Shown: positions 34,083 to 44,757, counted from the first letter of the stretch. The stretch is DNA of 64,000 nucleotides from a bacterium (GCA_037134875.1 JBAXLH010000001.1:5322-69321); one strand, 5' to 3'. A program made the numbers and translations. Notes: a model not told the origin generated them from the letters alone.

Positions 34083-34976
34083 TTAATCATCATCTCCACC
34101 GCGAGTACGTCCCGTTGAAACAGGGGCTGGAGCTGTTGTTGTTTGACTACCACTGACTGATTGATTGAGATCACCAATATAATACTGTGCGAGCATTGCA
34201 TAAGCAGATGACGAATGATTGCTTCCACGAGCATCTTTGGTTTGAAATGCTACCGTCGCATCTGTTCCACAGAATTTGATTATTTCATTTGCACCACCCG
34301 GATGATTTCCAATAGCATTTGTCACATTGTAAATTTTGCCACTTATAAGAAGCCAACAGCTAGTCTGTGAATTGTGTTTTGCAAGCTCGGAGAGAGTCAA
34401 TGCAACATTTATAGTGCCAGTGCCAGAAGTAGCACCTGTCCCTGTGTTTTGTCCAGATGAATTCTGTGATGATGCCGTACCTCCTGTTTGAGATGTGGTC
34501 TTGCCAGTACCCGTCGTGCCTGAACTCTGGGTTGTCTTGTTGATTGTTTGATTCAAGTCACCGATATAATCCTGTGCGAGCATTTTGTATGCAGTGCTCG
34601 AATGATCATTTCCCCTGCTATCTTTTGTTTCAAACGCAAGTGTTCCGTCTTTTCCACAAAACTTCAAAATCTCTTGCGCACCGCCCGGATGACTGCCGAT
34701 AGAGCTGGTCACGTCATACACTTTTCCACTAACCAAAAGCCAACAACTCGTTTGTGAATTGTGTTTTGCGATTTCAGAAATACTCAGGACGAGATTTTGT
34801 ACACCGGGGATTTTTTTGATTGTGCCAGAAGTAGATGTCCCCCCTGTTTGCTGTCCTGTGTTATCTGTAACATTTCCAGCTTGGTTATTTTGATGTGACA
34901 AAAGCCCAGCCACAACGACCGCGACCGAGAATACAAAAAATATAAAAAGTGATATTGCAACCGATTTTTTTATCAT
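34083..34976 (-). CDS. Secreted protein with two tandem cytochrome b5-like heme-binding domains
   Basis: The sequence SQTSCWLL(V/I)SGK(V/I)Y(D/N)VT…IG(S/N)HPGGA(Q/N)EI(L/I)KFCG(K/T)D occurs twice (HPGG motif). There is a signal/TM N-terminus and Gly/Thr/Ser-rich linkers. A DNA-level tandem duplication is visible. Confidence 0.7.
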   Translation of the reverse strand: MIKKSVAISLFIFFVFSVAVVVAGLLSHQNNQAGNVTDNTGQQTGGTSTSGTIKKIPGVQNLVLSISEIAKHNSQTSCWLLVSGKVYDVTSSIGSHPGGAQEILKFCGKDGTLAFETKDSRGNDHSSTAYKMLAQDYIGDLNQTINKTTQSSGTTGTGKTTSQTGGTASSQNSSGQNTGTGATSGTGTINVALTLSELAKHNSQTSCWLLISGKIYNVTNAIGNHPGGANEIIKFCGTDATVAFQTKDARGSNHSSSAYAMLAQYYIGDLNQSVSGSQTTTAPAPVSTGRTRGGDDD

Positions 34977-34986
34977 ATGTTTAAAA

Positions 34987-36303
34987 TTATAAACTAAACT
35001 CTTCAGAATGCATACTCCCCTTTTTCACACCAAACTCGGCAAATTGTTCCTTCAGACTCGTGACGAGAGGCAATGGGCCACAGAGCATAATATCTTTGTC
35101 CAAAAATCCATCACTTCTACTACCTATAAACTTTGCATTGATTCTACCATCTGTATCAGAGAGAAATGGAATCAAACGAAAACGCGGACATTGATTTGCA
35201 ACTGATGTGAGTACATCCTGCAAAACAAGTTCCTCTTGATTTCTTACGCAATAGTACAAATCTATTGAATAATCTCGTGCGTATTTTGACAGAGATAAAT
35301 CCACAGCCATACTGACAAATGGTGTAATACCTATTCCACCTGCAATCCAAATTTGTTTTTTGTTTGGAATGTTTTTATATGAAAACACACCAAACGGACC
35401 GTCAATTTTTGCAAGCGTTCCTTTGGAAAGAGTAGGTAAACCCGCTGTATAATCTCCCAAGTTTTTTATTGCAAATTTTATTGTATTTTCCTTTGGCGAC
35501 GAAACAAACGAAAATGGATGTTGTTCGGTGCCTATTTTCCCATCCGCAAAACTAATAAAGGCAAACTGACCCGCAGAATACCTCATCTCTTTATTAAGAC
35601 GAAATGGACTCAGAGTTATTTCCACAATTGAACCGTTGAGTTTTTTGACCTCGTCCACAATATAGTCAAATTGTTTGGTCAAAAATCTGCCCAAAATCGT
35701 GTGGTAGATATAAAATAAAATTCCAAGTCCAGCAAGAGTCAGCATATATTCACGCAATATAATATTTCCAGAGATGTCACTTGTGATAAAAAGTGAGTGC
35801 AAACCGCCAAAGAAAAATGCCAGACCCATATATTTGTGAGTATTTTTCCATGTATTATATTTGAGTGATACAAAAAAAGTGAGGATGAGCAAAACAATCA
35901 TTCCAAAAAGTCCGATCTTGCCAAAAGTAAGTGCCCAGTTGCTACTTGGCAACCAAAAATCCGCAGCACTTCTCAGTGAAAATGTGAGGTAGTTGTAAGT
36001 CAGAAAAATCGGATGAAAGAGGAGAAGTATAAATGCTATTGCTCCGATACGATGGTGATTTATGTAAATGCGATTGAGACCATTGAACCACTCGTTCCAA
36101 AATCTCACTCGTGCCGACAAAATGAGACTTATTGAAAACATCGCCATACCGACAAGACCGGTGACTTGACCGAGGCTCGTAAACACACTGCCGGCGTCAG
36201 CGAAACGCACGGATAGAGATAACATAAAAATCCAAATAATTGCCGGAATAACCGACAATATAGTCACGACCCACCATCCAAAATTTTCTTTTATGTATCT
36301 CAT
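34987..36303 (-). CDS. Ferric-reductase-like transmembrane domain fused to an FAD/NAD(P)-binding oxidoreductase domain (NOX/FRE-type)
   Basis: 438 aa with a 6-TM N-terminal region containing His residues. The motifs are the FAD-binding HPFS(F) and the NAD-binding IWIAGGIGITPF. Confidence 0.7.
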   Translation of the reverse strand: MRYIKENFGWWVVTILSVIPAIIWIFMLSLSVRFADAGSVFTSLGQVTGLVGMAMFSISLILSARVRFWNEWFNGLNRIYINHHRIGAIAFILLLFHPIFLTYNYLTFSLRSAADFWLPSSNWALTFGKIGLFGMIVLLILTFFVSLKYNTWKNTHKYMGLAFFFGGLHSLFITSDISGNIILREYMLTLAGLGILFYIYHTILGRFLTKQFDYIVDEVKKLNGSIVEITLSPFRLNKEMRYSAGQFAFISFADGKIGTEQHPFSFVSSPKENTIKFAIKNLGDYTAGLPTLSKGTLAKIDGPFGVFSYKNIPNKKQIWIAGGIGITPFVSMAVDLSLSKYARDYSIDLYYCVRNQEELVLQDVLTSVANQCPRFRLIPFLSDTDGRINAKFIGSRSDGFLDKDIMLCGPLPLVTSLKEQFAEFGVKKGSMHSEEFSL

Positions 36304-36505
36304 AGGTTTTTAAAAGTTTGCGAGTTTTGTAAATTAAAACTACGGCGAGATCATTTTCTTTTCTGAATTATAGTTTTACGACCCTTGTCTCGGCACAGTA
36401 ATTTTGGAGCACGCGATAAGTCCTGCTGGACTTTCGCTCAATCTCGCGCCGTCGCGCTCCGAAGTCTCCAAAATCACTGCGCCTTCGACGTGGTCGTAAA
36501 TCTTT

Positions 36506-37597
36506 TCAAAGTAACTTTAATATATCATGTCCGGTAATAACAATCATCAACACCAAAAGCAGAGCAAAGCCGATCGCATTCGTCCATTGGAATATTTTTG
36601 GTGGGATTGGTCGGCGAATTATTTTTTCTATCAGAATGAAAAACAATCGGCCTCCATCGAGTGCTGGAAATGGAATGAGGTTAATGACTGCGAGGTTGAT
36701 AGAGATGAGAGCAACGAGAGACAAGATGTACACAAAACCCAAATCTTTTGCCTCGGAAAATGATCCGGCAATTCCCACCGGACCGGCGACTTGGGAGAGA
36801 TCAAAATGAAATGTCACAATGTTGTACAAAAATCCAAAGAGACCAGTCACAGTACTTTTTACTAGGAGAATTGTCGTTCGGCCTCCCTCGTACAGCGCAC
36901 CAAAGAAAGAAAGTTTGACTGTGCCAATCGTATCCATCGAAATACCGATCATTCTTTTGCCACCGAGATTTGGTGTGAGTGAAATGTTTTTTGACGCTTC
37001 GGCTCCCCGCTTGTACGTCATATCAATTTTTTCCGACAAGCTTTTTGCAATAAGTTCTGAAATTTTTTCCGGTGGAATTGCATCTCCAGCAAGCACATTT
37101 TTACCAGCACCAACAGAGAGAATGGTATCTCCCGCACGCAAGCCCGCCTTTTCTGCTGGCGACCCAGGAAAAACATTTATAATAACTGTATGAGCGTTGG
37201 AAACATTTGCACCACTAATATATCCAACCGGTGACGGGAGACCAAGCATAAATCCAAGTGAAATTAGAATCCATGCAAAGATAATGTTAAATGTAACTCC
37301 AGCCACAAGCACGAGAGCTTGAATCCATTTTGGTTTGTAGAAAAAACTGCGAGGTTTGTCTGCCTCACTGATTTCCTGACTATGAGGATCTTCACCAAAA
37401 ATTTTTACAAATCCGCCAAACGGAATTGCATTTATGGAATACACCGTCTCGCCTATTTTCTTGCCGTATACCTTTGGTGGAAAACCGAGACCAAATTCAT
37501 CTACACGAATACCTGACTTTTTTGCAACAATAAAATGTCCAAACTCGTGGACCAAAATCAAAATTGCAAGCGCAACAATAAAAATAAGAATGGACAT
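36506..37597 (-). CDS. rseP: RIP metalloprotease RseP (site-2 protease, M50)
   Basis: The motif is LVHEFGHFIVAK (HExxH). There is a PDZ region and a C-terminal LDGG motif. Confidence 0.9.
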   Translation of the reverse strand: MSILIFIVALAILILVHEFGHFIVAKKSGIRVDEFGLGFPPKVYGKKIGETVYSINAIPFGGFVKIFGEDPHSQEISEADKPRSFFYKPKWIQALVLVAGVTFNIIFAWILISLGFMLGLPSPVGYISGANVSNAHTVIINVFPGSPAEKAGLRAGDTILSVGAGKNVLAGDAIPPEKISELIAKSLSEKIDMTYKRGAEASKNISLTPNLGGKRMIGISMDTIGTVKLSFFGALYEGGRTTILLVKSTVTGLFGFLYNIVTFHFDLSQVAGPVGIAGSFSEAKDLGFVYILSLVALISINLAVINLIPFPALDGGRLFFILIEKIIRRPIPPKIFQWTNAIGFALLLVLMIVITGHDILKLL

Positions 37598-37627
37598 TGG
37601 AAATTATATTTAGTCGAACGCAAATAA

Positions 37628-38179
37628 TTATTCAGCTATCTCCTTTTCTTTTTTGCTAAAAATTTCATCAAGAGTTCTGCCAGAGTCATCAACAATTTTC
37701 TGTAATTCTGTTTTCAATCTAAATTTTTCATCTTCTGACAATTCACCAGATTTTTCTTTTGCATCTACATCTTTGATAATTTTTTCTCTTTCTGTGCGTA
37801 GGGTCACTCGAGCATCCTCCAGTTTTTGTTTTGCAACTTTGACGAGTGCGAGTCTCCTGTCCCCAGTAAGTTCAGGAAACACAACTCTGATACCATTTCC
37901 ATCAACAACCACTGAGAGCCCGAGATCCGAAGCCACGATTCCCTTTTCAATCGCTTTGACCTGACTCGCATCCCATGGCGCGATTCGTATCATCCGAGCA
38001 TCCTCCACAGAAATATTTGCAAGCTGATTGATCGGTATTTCCGAGCCATACGCCTCTACTTTGACACCATCCAAAATCGCAGGTGTCGCTCTACCTGTGC
38101 GTATCCCGCTCATCTCCTTTTTGAGCCATTCTTCTAGATCTTTAATGTTTTGTTTAAATTGTGAAAAATTGTATGACAT
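37628..38179 (-). CDS. frr: Ribosome recycling factor
   Basis: The start is taken at MSYNFSQFKQNIKDLEEWLKKEMSGIRTGRATPAILDGVKV. Confidence 0.9.
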   Translation of the reverse strand: MSYNFSQFKQNIKDLEEWLKKEMSGIRTGRATPAILDGVKVEAYGSEIPINQLANISVEDARMIRIAPWDASQVKAIEKGIVASDLGLSVVVDGNGIRVVFPELTGDRRLALVKVAKQKLEDARVTLRTEREKIIKDVDAKEKSGELSEDEKFRLKTELQKIVDDSGRTLDEIFSKKEKEIAE

Positions 38180-38244
38180 AATAAAGCTATTATACCAAAA
38201 TAGACAAAAGAAATCATCCCTTGCCATCCCTGCCAATTTTCATT

Positions 38245-38916
38245 CTAAATCGACAAAAGTAGGTTCTCCAAAATCATTTTGACAGGTGCGCCGTTGTCAA
38301 AGAGTGAGCTCCTGGCAGACTCGCAGAGTTTCAGCGATTTTTCCGAGCTCGCGACACCTTTCATATATAATGATCTCTCAATCTTATTTACCAAATCAAC
38401 AGCATCTTGTTTGGTTTTCTCTTCATCTTTGATACCATCCACCACTTCTTTTACAAGACCCATTCGCTCGCTCATATTCATTTTTGAAATTGTGAGCAGA
38501 TTTTTTTCCTCGTTCTCATCAGTATGCAAAATTATGTGGAGCCTCGAACGCAATGTCGGCAAGAGATTATCTTGTGGCATAACCAAAAAGAAATGTGTAC
38601 CGGCTGTTGGCTCTTCAAACACTTTGAGCAGAGCATTTTGCGCCTGCTCCGTAATACTGTTGGCTTCCAATATAAAAATTTTTCTTTTACCACCGAGATC
38701 TTTGACCTCCTGTGAAAATGAAAGCTGTCTGGCCTCATCAACACTTATTACATCAAACTTCCTGTGCAAAAAATCTGGGTTGCCGGAAATAGCAATACGG
38801 AGTGACTTCTCAAAAAATACTGAGAGTTTCGGTACCGTCTCCCGTGGATCACCCACAATAAAATACGCGTGATGAAGTGTACCTGTCGTTTTGTACGTTT
38901 GTTCCAGAATTTTCAT
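38245..38916 (-). CDS. holB: DNA polymerase III delta'-like AAA+ clamp-loader subunit
   Basis: The motifs are HAYFIVG… and a …KRKIFILEANSITEQAQNALLKVFEEP… box VII-like region. Confidence 0.6.
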   Translation of the reverse strand: MKILEQTYKTTGTLHHAYFIVGDPRETVPKLSVFFEKSLRIAISGNPDFLHRKFDVISVDEARQLSFSQEVKDLGGKRKIFILEANSITEQAQNALLKVFEEPTAGTHFFLVMPQDNLLPTLRSRLHIILHTDENEEKNLLTISKMNMSERMGLVKEVVDGIKDEEKTKQDAVDLVNKIERSLYMKGVASSEKSLKLCESARSSLFDNGAPVKMILENLLLSI

Positions 38917-38975
38917 AGTGACTATTATAGCAAAAGAAAAGCCCCGCCGAAACGGGACATTAATGGACAACAGTA

Positions 38976-39335
38976 TCAATCGAGAGAAACATCAACTTGG
39001 GTTATGATCCTCCGACCTCGTTTTATGAGTTCATCGAGCTCATGTTCAGGATATCCCACTGATGTAGCTAGGTATGGTTTCAAAGTTATGAGCATATGAA
39101 GTGCATGCACGGGCCACCACTGCTCTTTTTCTTTCTCTTCTCGGCAGAGTTTTTCGGCTTCTGCCTCGATATAAGATTCGCAATTACACGTGGTACCGGA
39201 GTGAGCTTGACTCCAGCTACATTCACTTACAAATCCACGATGGGTCATCCTGTGATGACCACATCCGGGTCTCGCACAAACGTGCTGTTCCCCGCGACAT
39301 TGTGTGCAAATCGCCATAAGTTCTCCTAAAATCAC
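38976..39335 (-). CDS. Cys/His-rich hypothetical protein
   Basis: 119-aa ORF with a CxxC…CxxH pattern. It is uncertain. Confidence 0.3.
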   Translation of the reverse strand: MILGELMAICTQCRGEQHVCARPGCGHHRMTHRGFVSECSWSQAHSGTTCNCESYIEAEAEKLCREEKEKEQWWPVHALHMLITLKPYLATSVGYPEHELDELIKRGRRIITQVDVSLD

Positions 39336-39394
39336 ATTACCACAAAAAGTAAAAATTGCAAATTTATTATTTAGTATTATGGAGTATGGATTCT

Positions 39395-39520
39395 CATTAA
39401 ATAAATTTTTCGCATTCGCAGGTTTTTGATTCAGATGACAACAATTTTTTCTAGTCGTGAGCGTTTAGTCCTGTGTAACAAGGACCGACCGTAGGGAGTC
39501 CGCGGAAGACAGAAAAAATT
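39395..39520. repeat. Palindromic element (singleton in this window, family R5)
   Basis: The imperfect arms ggtttttgattcagatgacaacaattttttct / agaaaaaattgtgcttcatctgacaaaaacc surround the core gtcctgtgtaacaaggac…ggagtccgcgg. Confidence 0.4.
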
Positions 39521-39576
39521 GTGCTTCATCTGACAAAAACCGAGGACGTGAAAAATTTACTCAATGAGAATTATAT

Positions 39577-40590
39577 TTACCTCTTTGAAATAATCGTCTT
39601 CTTGTACGTATCAAGATGCTCGAGAGCCACACCAGTTCCCTTTGCAACACAGTACAGTGCATCTTTTGCAAGTGTCGCTTTGACGCCGATACGTCTGAAA
39701 ACGAGCTCGGTTAGGTTGCGTAGTTGCGACGTGCCACCAGTCATTATGATCCCGTGATCAATAATATCCGACGAAAGTTCCGGTGGAGTTTCTTGCAAGA
39801 CATCTTTGATGGCCGAAATCATTTCGCGCAAATCTTTGCTGATAGCTTTGACGACTTCGTTCGTTTTTATTTCCACACTGCGCGGAAGTCCGGTCACAAA
39901 ATCTCGTCCTTTGATGACGATGGAAAGTTCCTCGTCCATTGGGATCGCCGAACCAATTTTTATTTTGATATCCTCTGCTGTTTTGTCGCCAATACCGAGA
40001 TTGAATGTTTTTTTGATATAGTCAGCAATCGCATAATCTATTTTATCGCCGGCACATTTGACCGACGTCGAAGCGACGATACCGCCGAGAGAAATCACGG
40101 CCACGTCAGTCGTGCCACCGCCAATATCCACCACCATATGCCCTTTTGCCTCGTGAATAGGAATACCTGCTCCAATGGCCGCCAGAATCGGTTCTTTTAC
40201 AACATAGGCATTCTTGGCTCCGGCACGAATAGCGGCCTCTATGACTGCCCTACGCTCTGTAGAGGTCACTCCAGCCGGCACGGACACCAAAACCTCTGGT
40301 TTTACGAAATTCCACTTGCCGAGGGCTTTGTTTATATAGTACCGGAGCATCGCCTCTGTGACGCGATAGTCTGCAATCACACCATCTTTCATTGGTCTGT
40401 ACGCCACAATACTTTCCGGAGTTCGGCCGATCATCTGCTTGGCCTCAATACCAATAGCCATTATTTTGTTATCCTCCTCTGACACAGCAACAACAGACGG
40501 CTCATTGAGCACAATTCCCTTGCCCGGCACATATACCAGCGTGTTGGCAGTACCGAGATCAATGCCTAGTTTTTTTGAAAAAATACCCAT
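39577..40590 (-). CDS. mreB: Rod shape-determining protein MreB
   Basis: The start is MGIFSKKLGIDLGTANTLVYV, followed by actin-fold phosphate motifs. Confidence 0.95.
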   Translation of the reverse strand: MGIFSKKLGIDLGTANTLVYVPGKGIVLNEPSVVAVSEEDNKIMAIGIEAKQMIGRTPESIVAYRPMKDGVIADYRVTEAMLRYYINKALGKWNFVKPEVLVSVPAGVTSTERRAVIEAAIRAGAKNAYVVKEPILAAIGAGIPIHEAKGHMVVDIGGGTTDVAVISLGGIVASTSVKCAGDKIDYAIADYIKKTFNLGIGDKTAEDIKIKIGSAIPMDEELSIVIKGRDFVTGLPRSVEIKTNEVVKAISKDLREMISAIKDVLQETPPELSSDIIDHGIIMTGGTSQLRNLTELVFRRIGVKATLAKDALYCVAKGTGVALEHLDTYKKTIISKR

Positions 40591-40637
40591 ACAAGCATAT
40601 AATAGCCTACATACGCAATAATGCAAAATAAAGACCG

Positions 40638-42539
40638 ATGAACATCGTCACTGTCATTCCTATCACCAAAAGTTTAATAAAAAATACTCTTACTTATTTT
40701 ACAAAAGAGGATATTTTGAAAGGCTCTATTGTCTCCGTACCTATTCGTAACAAAAAAGTATTTGGTATTGTGTTGGATAGCCAAAACGCTGAGGAGAAAA
40801 AAATAGACCTCAAAAACCTAACATACCAAATCAAAAAAGTTTCAAATATAAACGCACGACGACTGTTCTCGGAAAATTTTATGGAGAGCGCGCGTGAGAT
40901 AGCCGACTATTATGCAGGAAATATCAGTTCTGTATTGTTTACCTTAATTCCAAATACGATTTTGGAACAAAGCGAAAAAATAAATTTTGAACCGAAAGAA
41001 AAACGTTCTGATATTTTTCACGAAGTGACGTTGCTCCAAGCAAACAATGAGGAGAGATATGCCACCTACAAAAGCCTTATTCGAGAAGAGTTTGCGCGAA
41101 GTCACAGTATCTTCTTTTGTATGCCAACAACGGAGGATTTGAAAAACGCAAAAAATTCTTTGGAAAAAGGAATTGAAAAATACACATATGTTCTGCATTC
41201 AGGATTAACAAAAAAAGAAATTGCAAAACTGTGGCAAGAAATACTAAACGAAACACACCCAGTACTCATTATCGCCACCGGACAATTTCTCTCACTCCCA
41301 CGACAAGACATTGGCACGATTGTGGTAGAAAAAGAAAGCTCTCGCGCCTACAAAATGATTTCTCGTCCATTTATTGATATGAGAAAAGTTGCCGAAATTG
41401 TTTCAAAGAAAAATAATTGCCGATTGGTACTCGGCGACACATTACTCCGCGTTGAAACATTGTGGGAAGAAAAAAATGGCGCGTACGCACAACTCTCGCC
41501 TCTCAAATTTAGATCACTCACAACATCTCGTTGCACGCTCGTAGATATGAAAATTCCAAAAGACCAAAAGAAAAAGGAGTTTACGATTTTGGGAGATGAA
41601 CTCAAAAAAATGATAACAGAAGCAAAAGAAAATAATGAACAAACATTTCTTTTTTGCGGACGAAAAGGTCTCTCTCCTGTCACAGCCTGCGATGATTGCG
41701 GAACAGTAGTGACATGCAACAACTGCAAATCCCCTGTCGTCCTTTACAACAAAAAAACTAGCGGAGATATCCAAAAAAATCTTTTTGTGTGTCATCACTG
41801 TGGAGAGAGAAGGGATGCGAGTGAGCTGTGCTCGTACTGCAACGGCTGGCGACTGACGACGCTCGGTATAGGATCGGAACGAGTGTACGAGGAAGTCAAA
41901 ACTATTTTTCCTGATACAAACGTGTTTATTTTGGACAAAGAGCATGTGACCACACAGAAACAAATGCAAAAAGTTGTGGAAGAATTTTACGCTTCCCCCG
42001 GGAGTGTCCTTGTAGGAACAGAAATGGCGCTCGGCTACCTCAACAAAAAAATCGAAAATGTCGCCGTTGTTTCAATTGATTCATTTTTTGCAATACCCGA
42101 CTTTCGAATCAATGAAAAAATATTTCATATTCTGCTCGACTTGCGTGACCTCTCCGAACACAATTTTATTATCCAAACGAGACAAAAAAATACAAAAATC
42201 TTTGATGAGGCACTCGCAGGCAATCTCGCTGACTTTTATCGAGACGAGATCGATGACAGGAAACTCGTCGGCTACCCACCATTTACAACATACATCAAAC
42301 TCACACTCGAGGGCGACAAAAATGCAATACGAAAAGAAATGGAGAAAGCAAAAGAAATACTTGCACCATTTGAGCTGTTTGTGTTTGATGCATGGAATCC
42401 GGGTGCAGACAAAAAGTTTACAATTCACGGACTCGTCTCACAAAAACGTGGCGAATGGGTACAAACCGAGCTCCTCCAGAAGCTCCTGTCTCTCCCTCCG
42501 TTCTATATGATAAAAATAGACCCTGACACACTTTTGTGA
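40638..42539 (+). CDS. priA: Primosomal protein N' (PriA)-like replication restart helicase
   Basis: 633 aa. The Cys4-Cys4 zinc-binding insert is CDDCG…CNNC…CHHCG…CSYCNG. The helicase core motifs are degenerate. Confidence 0.7.
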   Translation: MNIVTVIPITKSLIKNTLTYFTKEDILKGSIVSVPIRNKKVFGIVLDSQNAEEKKIDLKNLTYQIKKVSNINARRLFSENFMESAREIADYYAGNISSVLFTLIPNTILEQSEKINFEPKEKRSDIFHEVTLLQANNEERYATYKSLIREEFARSHSIFFCMPTTEDLKNAKNSLEKGIEKYTYVLHSGLTKKEIAKLWQEILNETHPVLIIATGQFLSLPRQDIGTIVVEKESSRAYKMISRPFIDMRKVAEIVSKKNNCRLVLGDTLLRVETLWEEKNGAYAQLSPLKFRSLTTSRCTLVDMKIPKDQKKKEFTILGDELKKMITEAKENNEQTFLFCGRKGLSPVTACDDCGTVVTCNNCKSPVVLYNKKTSGDIQKNLFVCHHCGERRDASELCSYCNGWRLTTLGIGSERVYEEVKTIFPDTNVFILDKEHVTTQKQMQKVVEEFYASPGSVLVGTEMALGYLNKKIENVAVVSIDSFFAIPDFRINEKIFHILLDLRDLSEHNFIIQTRQKNTKIFDEALAGNLADFYRDEIDDRKLVGYPPFTTYIKLTLEGDKNAIRKEMEKAKEILAPFELFVFDAWNPGADKKFTIHGLVSQKRGEWVQTELLQKLLSLPPFYMIKIDPDTLL

Positions 42540-42557
42540 TATTGTACAATATATCCA

Positions 42558-43115
42558 ATGAAAACAATTGTTCAAAAAGAAGCCAAAGTTTTGCGAGAAA
42601 TAGCAAAAGACGTCCCAATCAAAAAAATTGGTACAGATAAAATAAACACCATTCTTACCGAGATGCGAGAAGCTCTGGACTCTCAGGAAGACGGTGTTGC
42701 TATCGCTGCGCCACAGATCGGATATCCTCTCCGTATTTTTGTCGTATCCACCAAAGTTTCTGAGCTTTTGAAAAAAACAAAGAAAGAAACCGACTCAGAA
42801 AAACCAACTATTCTCAAAAATACTGTTTTTATAAACCCCGTCATCAAAAAACTCTCAAAAGAAAAAAATATTATGGAGGAGGGATGTCTCTCGGTCAGAT
42901 ATTTGTACGGGAAAGTCAAAAGATCCAACAAGGCAACTGTCGAGGCATACGATGAACACGGCAAAAAATTTACTCTCGGTGGCACTGGAATCCTCGCACA
43001 AATTTTTCAACACGAAATGGACCATCTCGATGGTGTACTCTTTATAGACAAAGCAAAATATGTCGAAGAAATTATTCCGGCACACATAAAACACAATCAT
43101 GCAGAACACAAATAA
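42558..43115 (+). CDS. def: Peptide deformylase
   Basis: The motifs are GVAIAAPQIG, EGCLSV and QHEMDHLDG. Confidence 0.95.
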   Translation: MKTIVQKEAKVLREIAKDVPIKKIGTDKINTILTEMREALDSQEDGVAIAAPQIGYPLRIFVVSTKVSELLKKTKKETDSEKPTILKNTVFINPVIKKLSKEKNIMEEGCLSVRYLYGKVKRSNKATVEAYDEHGKKFTLGGTGILAQIFQHEMDHLDGVLFIDKAKYVEEIIPAHIKHNHAEHK

Positions 43116-43971
43116 AGTAACCTTTGCTTTTTTTGGTACATCTCGGTTTTCTGTTTTTGTATTGGAAGAATTAAAAAAAGCAGGATATATTCCGGCTCTC
43201 ATCATCACAACCGAAGACAAAGCAAAAGGCAGAAAGCTTATTCTCACTCCATCAGAAGTAAAAAAATGGGCACTTGCTGAAAACATTCCTTTTATTACTC
43301 CAAAGTCTCTCAAAACTCCGGAGACACTGGATGAAATAAAAAAATATTCGGAAAATTATGACTTCTTCATTGTGGCATCGTACGGCAAGATCATTCCGCA
43401 AAATATTCTCGATCTTCCAAAACATCAAACCATAAATGTGCATCCCTCACTCCTGCCTCGTCTCCGCGGAGCATCACCAATACAGAGCGCGATTTTGTCC
43501 GAAAACGAAACGGGCGTGACTATTATGCGACTCGATGCCGAGATGGATCATGGTCCCCTTCTCGCACAAGAAAAAGTTTCCGTGCCAGAGTGGCCACCAT
43601 ACAAAAAAGATTTGGAGGAAAACCTCGCAAAAAAAGGCGGAGAACTTTTGGTACGTATTATTCCAGATTGGATTTCCGGCAAACTGGCAGAAATACCCCA
43701 AGACCACGACTCTGCAACATACTGCAAAAAAATTGAAAAGTCAGACGGAGAAATAAATCTCGATGGCGACCCGGAACTCAACATACGAAAAATCCGCGCC
43801 TTTCATATGTGGCCCGGTGCATATTTTTTTATTCATCACAAAGGCACACAAAAAAGAGTTGTCATAAAAAGCGCACACATTGAAGATGGAAAACTCATCC
43901 TCGAGCGAGTAGTGCCAGAAGGCAAAAATGAAATGTTCTACAAAGATTTCTTAAATGGTTTCAAAAACTAG
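43099..43971 (+). CDS. fmt: Methionyl-tRNA formyltransferase
   Basis: The motifs are NVHPSLLPRLRGASPIQ and the C-terminal Fmt domain. It overlaps the def stop. Confidence 0.95.
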   Translation: MQNTNKVTFAFFGTSRFSVFVLEELKKAGYIPALIITTEDKAKGRKLILTPSEVKKWALAENIPFITPKSLKTPETLDEIKKYSENYDFFIVASYGKIIPQNILDLPKHQTINVHPSLLPRLRGASPIQSAILSENETGVTIMRLDAEMDHGPLLAQEKVSVPEWPPYKKDLEENLAKKGGELLVRIIPDWISGKLAEIPQDHDSATYCKKIEKSDGEINLDGDPELNIRKIRAFHMWPGAYFFIHHKGTQKRVVIKSAHIEDGKLILERVVPEGKNEMFYKDFLNGFKN

Positions 43972-44131
43972 TCCATCAAATCTCCTATTTTTGTCTGAGT
44001 TGAAATAGCGCTCCCTGTTTCTTGTACACTTTCAAGCATATACAAAAGTCCTGTTGTAAGAAGAATACAAAAGAACACAAAATAAACTAGTTTAGAATTT
44101 GCTTTGTCTCGCAAATGTCCGATGTCCATAT

Positions 44132-44500
44132 TTATTTGCCGTTAATTTTCTTGATAATGTTTTTTATCTTGGATGCTCCACGTCTGAAAAGAGTGTTTGC
44201 TTTCTTTTTCTTTGCCACGATAATTCTCTCCATTTCGTCTCTCACAACATCAATCGCTGCATACAGATCGGACTCCTCGGCAAGTGCGTAAAACTGGTTA
44301 CCATGAGACTCTGTGATGTTTACTTCTGCCTTAAAAATATCACCCGACTTGTGATGACTTGTTGTCTTGCCTATTTCAACTTCACATAACACATTTCCAT
44401 CCTTGTTCAAAAACTTTTCGAGTGATGGTAATTTTTTGTAAATATAATCTTCTATCGCAGGTGTTAAATCAAAATTCGCAGTTCTTATTTTGATATTCAT
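44132..44500 (-). CDS. hpf: Ribosome hibernation-promoting factor (RaiA/HPF)
   Basis: The sequence MNIKIRTANFDLTPAIEDYIYKKL…FKAEVNI…ESDLYAAIDVV matches the HPF family. Confidence 0.9.
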   Translation of the reverse strand: MNIKIRTANFDLTPAIEDYIYKKLPSLEKFLNKDGNVLCEVEIGKTTSHHKSGDIFKAEVNITESHGNQFYALAEESDLYAAIDVVRDEMERIIVAKKKKANTLFRRGASKIKNIIKKINGK

Positions 44501-44541
44501 ATACATAATTATACCACCTCACACCCTGTCTACCAAACAGA

Positions 44542-44757
44542 CTAATCCCCAACCGAAAAGAGTTTGCTCGGAGAATTGTGACCACTGACCAAAAGTACCT
44601 TGTGGCTACCAAAATGTTTGGAGACTAGCTCGATTACCCTCTTGTTTGCGAGATTTCGCTCCGCCCTCTCTCGTACCGAAACCAAAAAATGATCTTTATT
44701 TTTCTTGACAAAACTCTCTTTTTTGGCAGACGGCGTTACTTTGACATGAATGTACAT
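44542..44757 (-). CDS. DUF167 (YggU-like) protein
   Basis: The sequence MYIHVKVTPSAKKE…ANKRVIELVSKHF…LVSGHNSPSK matches DUF167. Confidence 0.55.
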   Translation of the reverse strand: MYIHVKVTPSAKKESFVKKNKDHFLVSVRERAERNLANKRVIELVSKHFGSHKVLLVSGHNSPSKLFSVGD

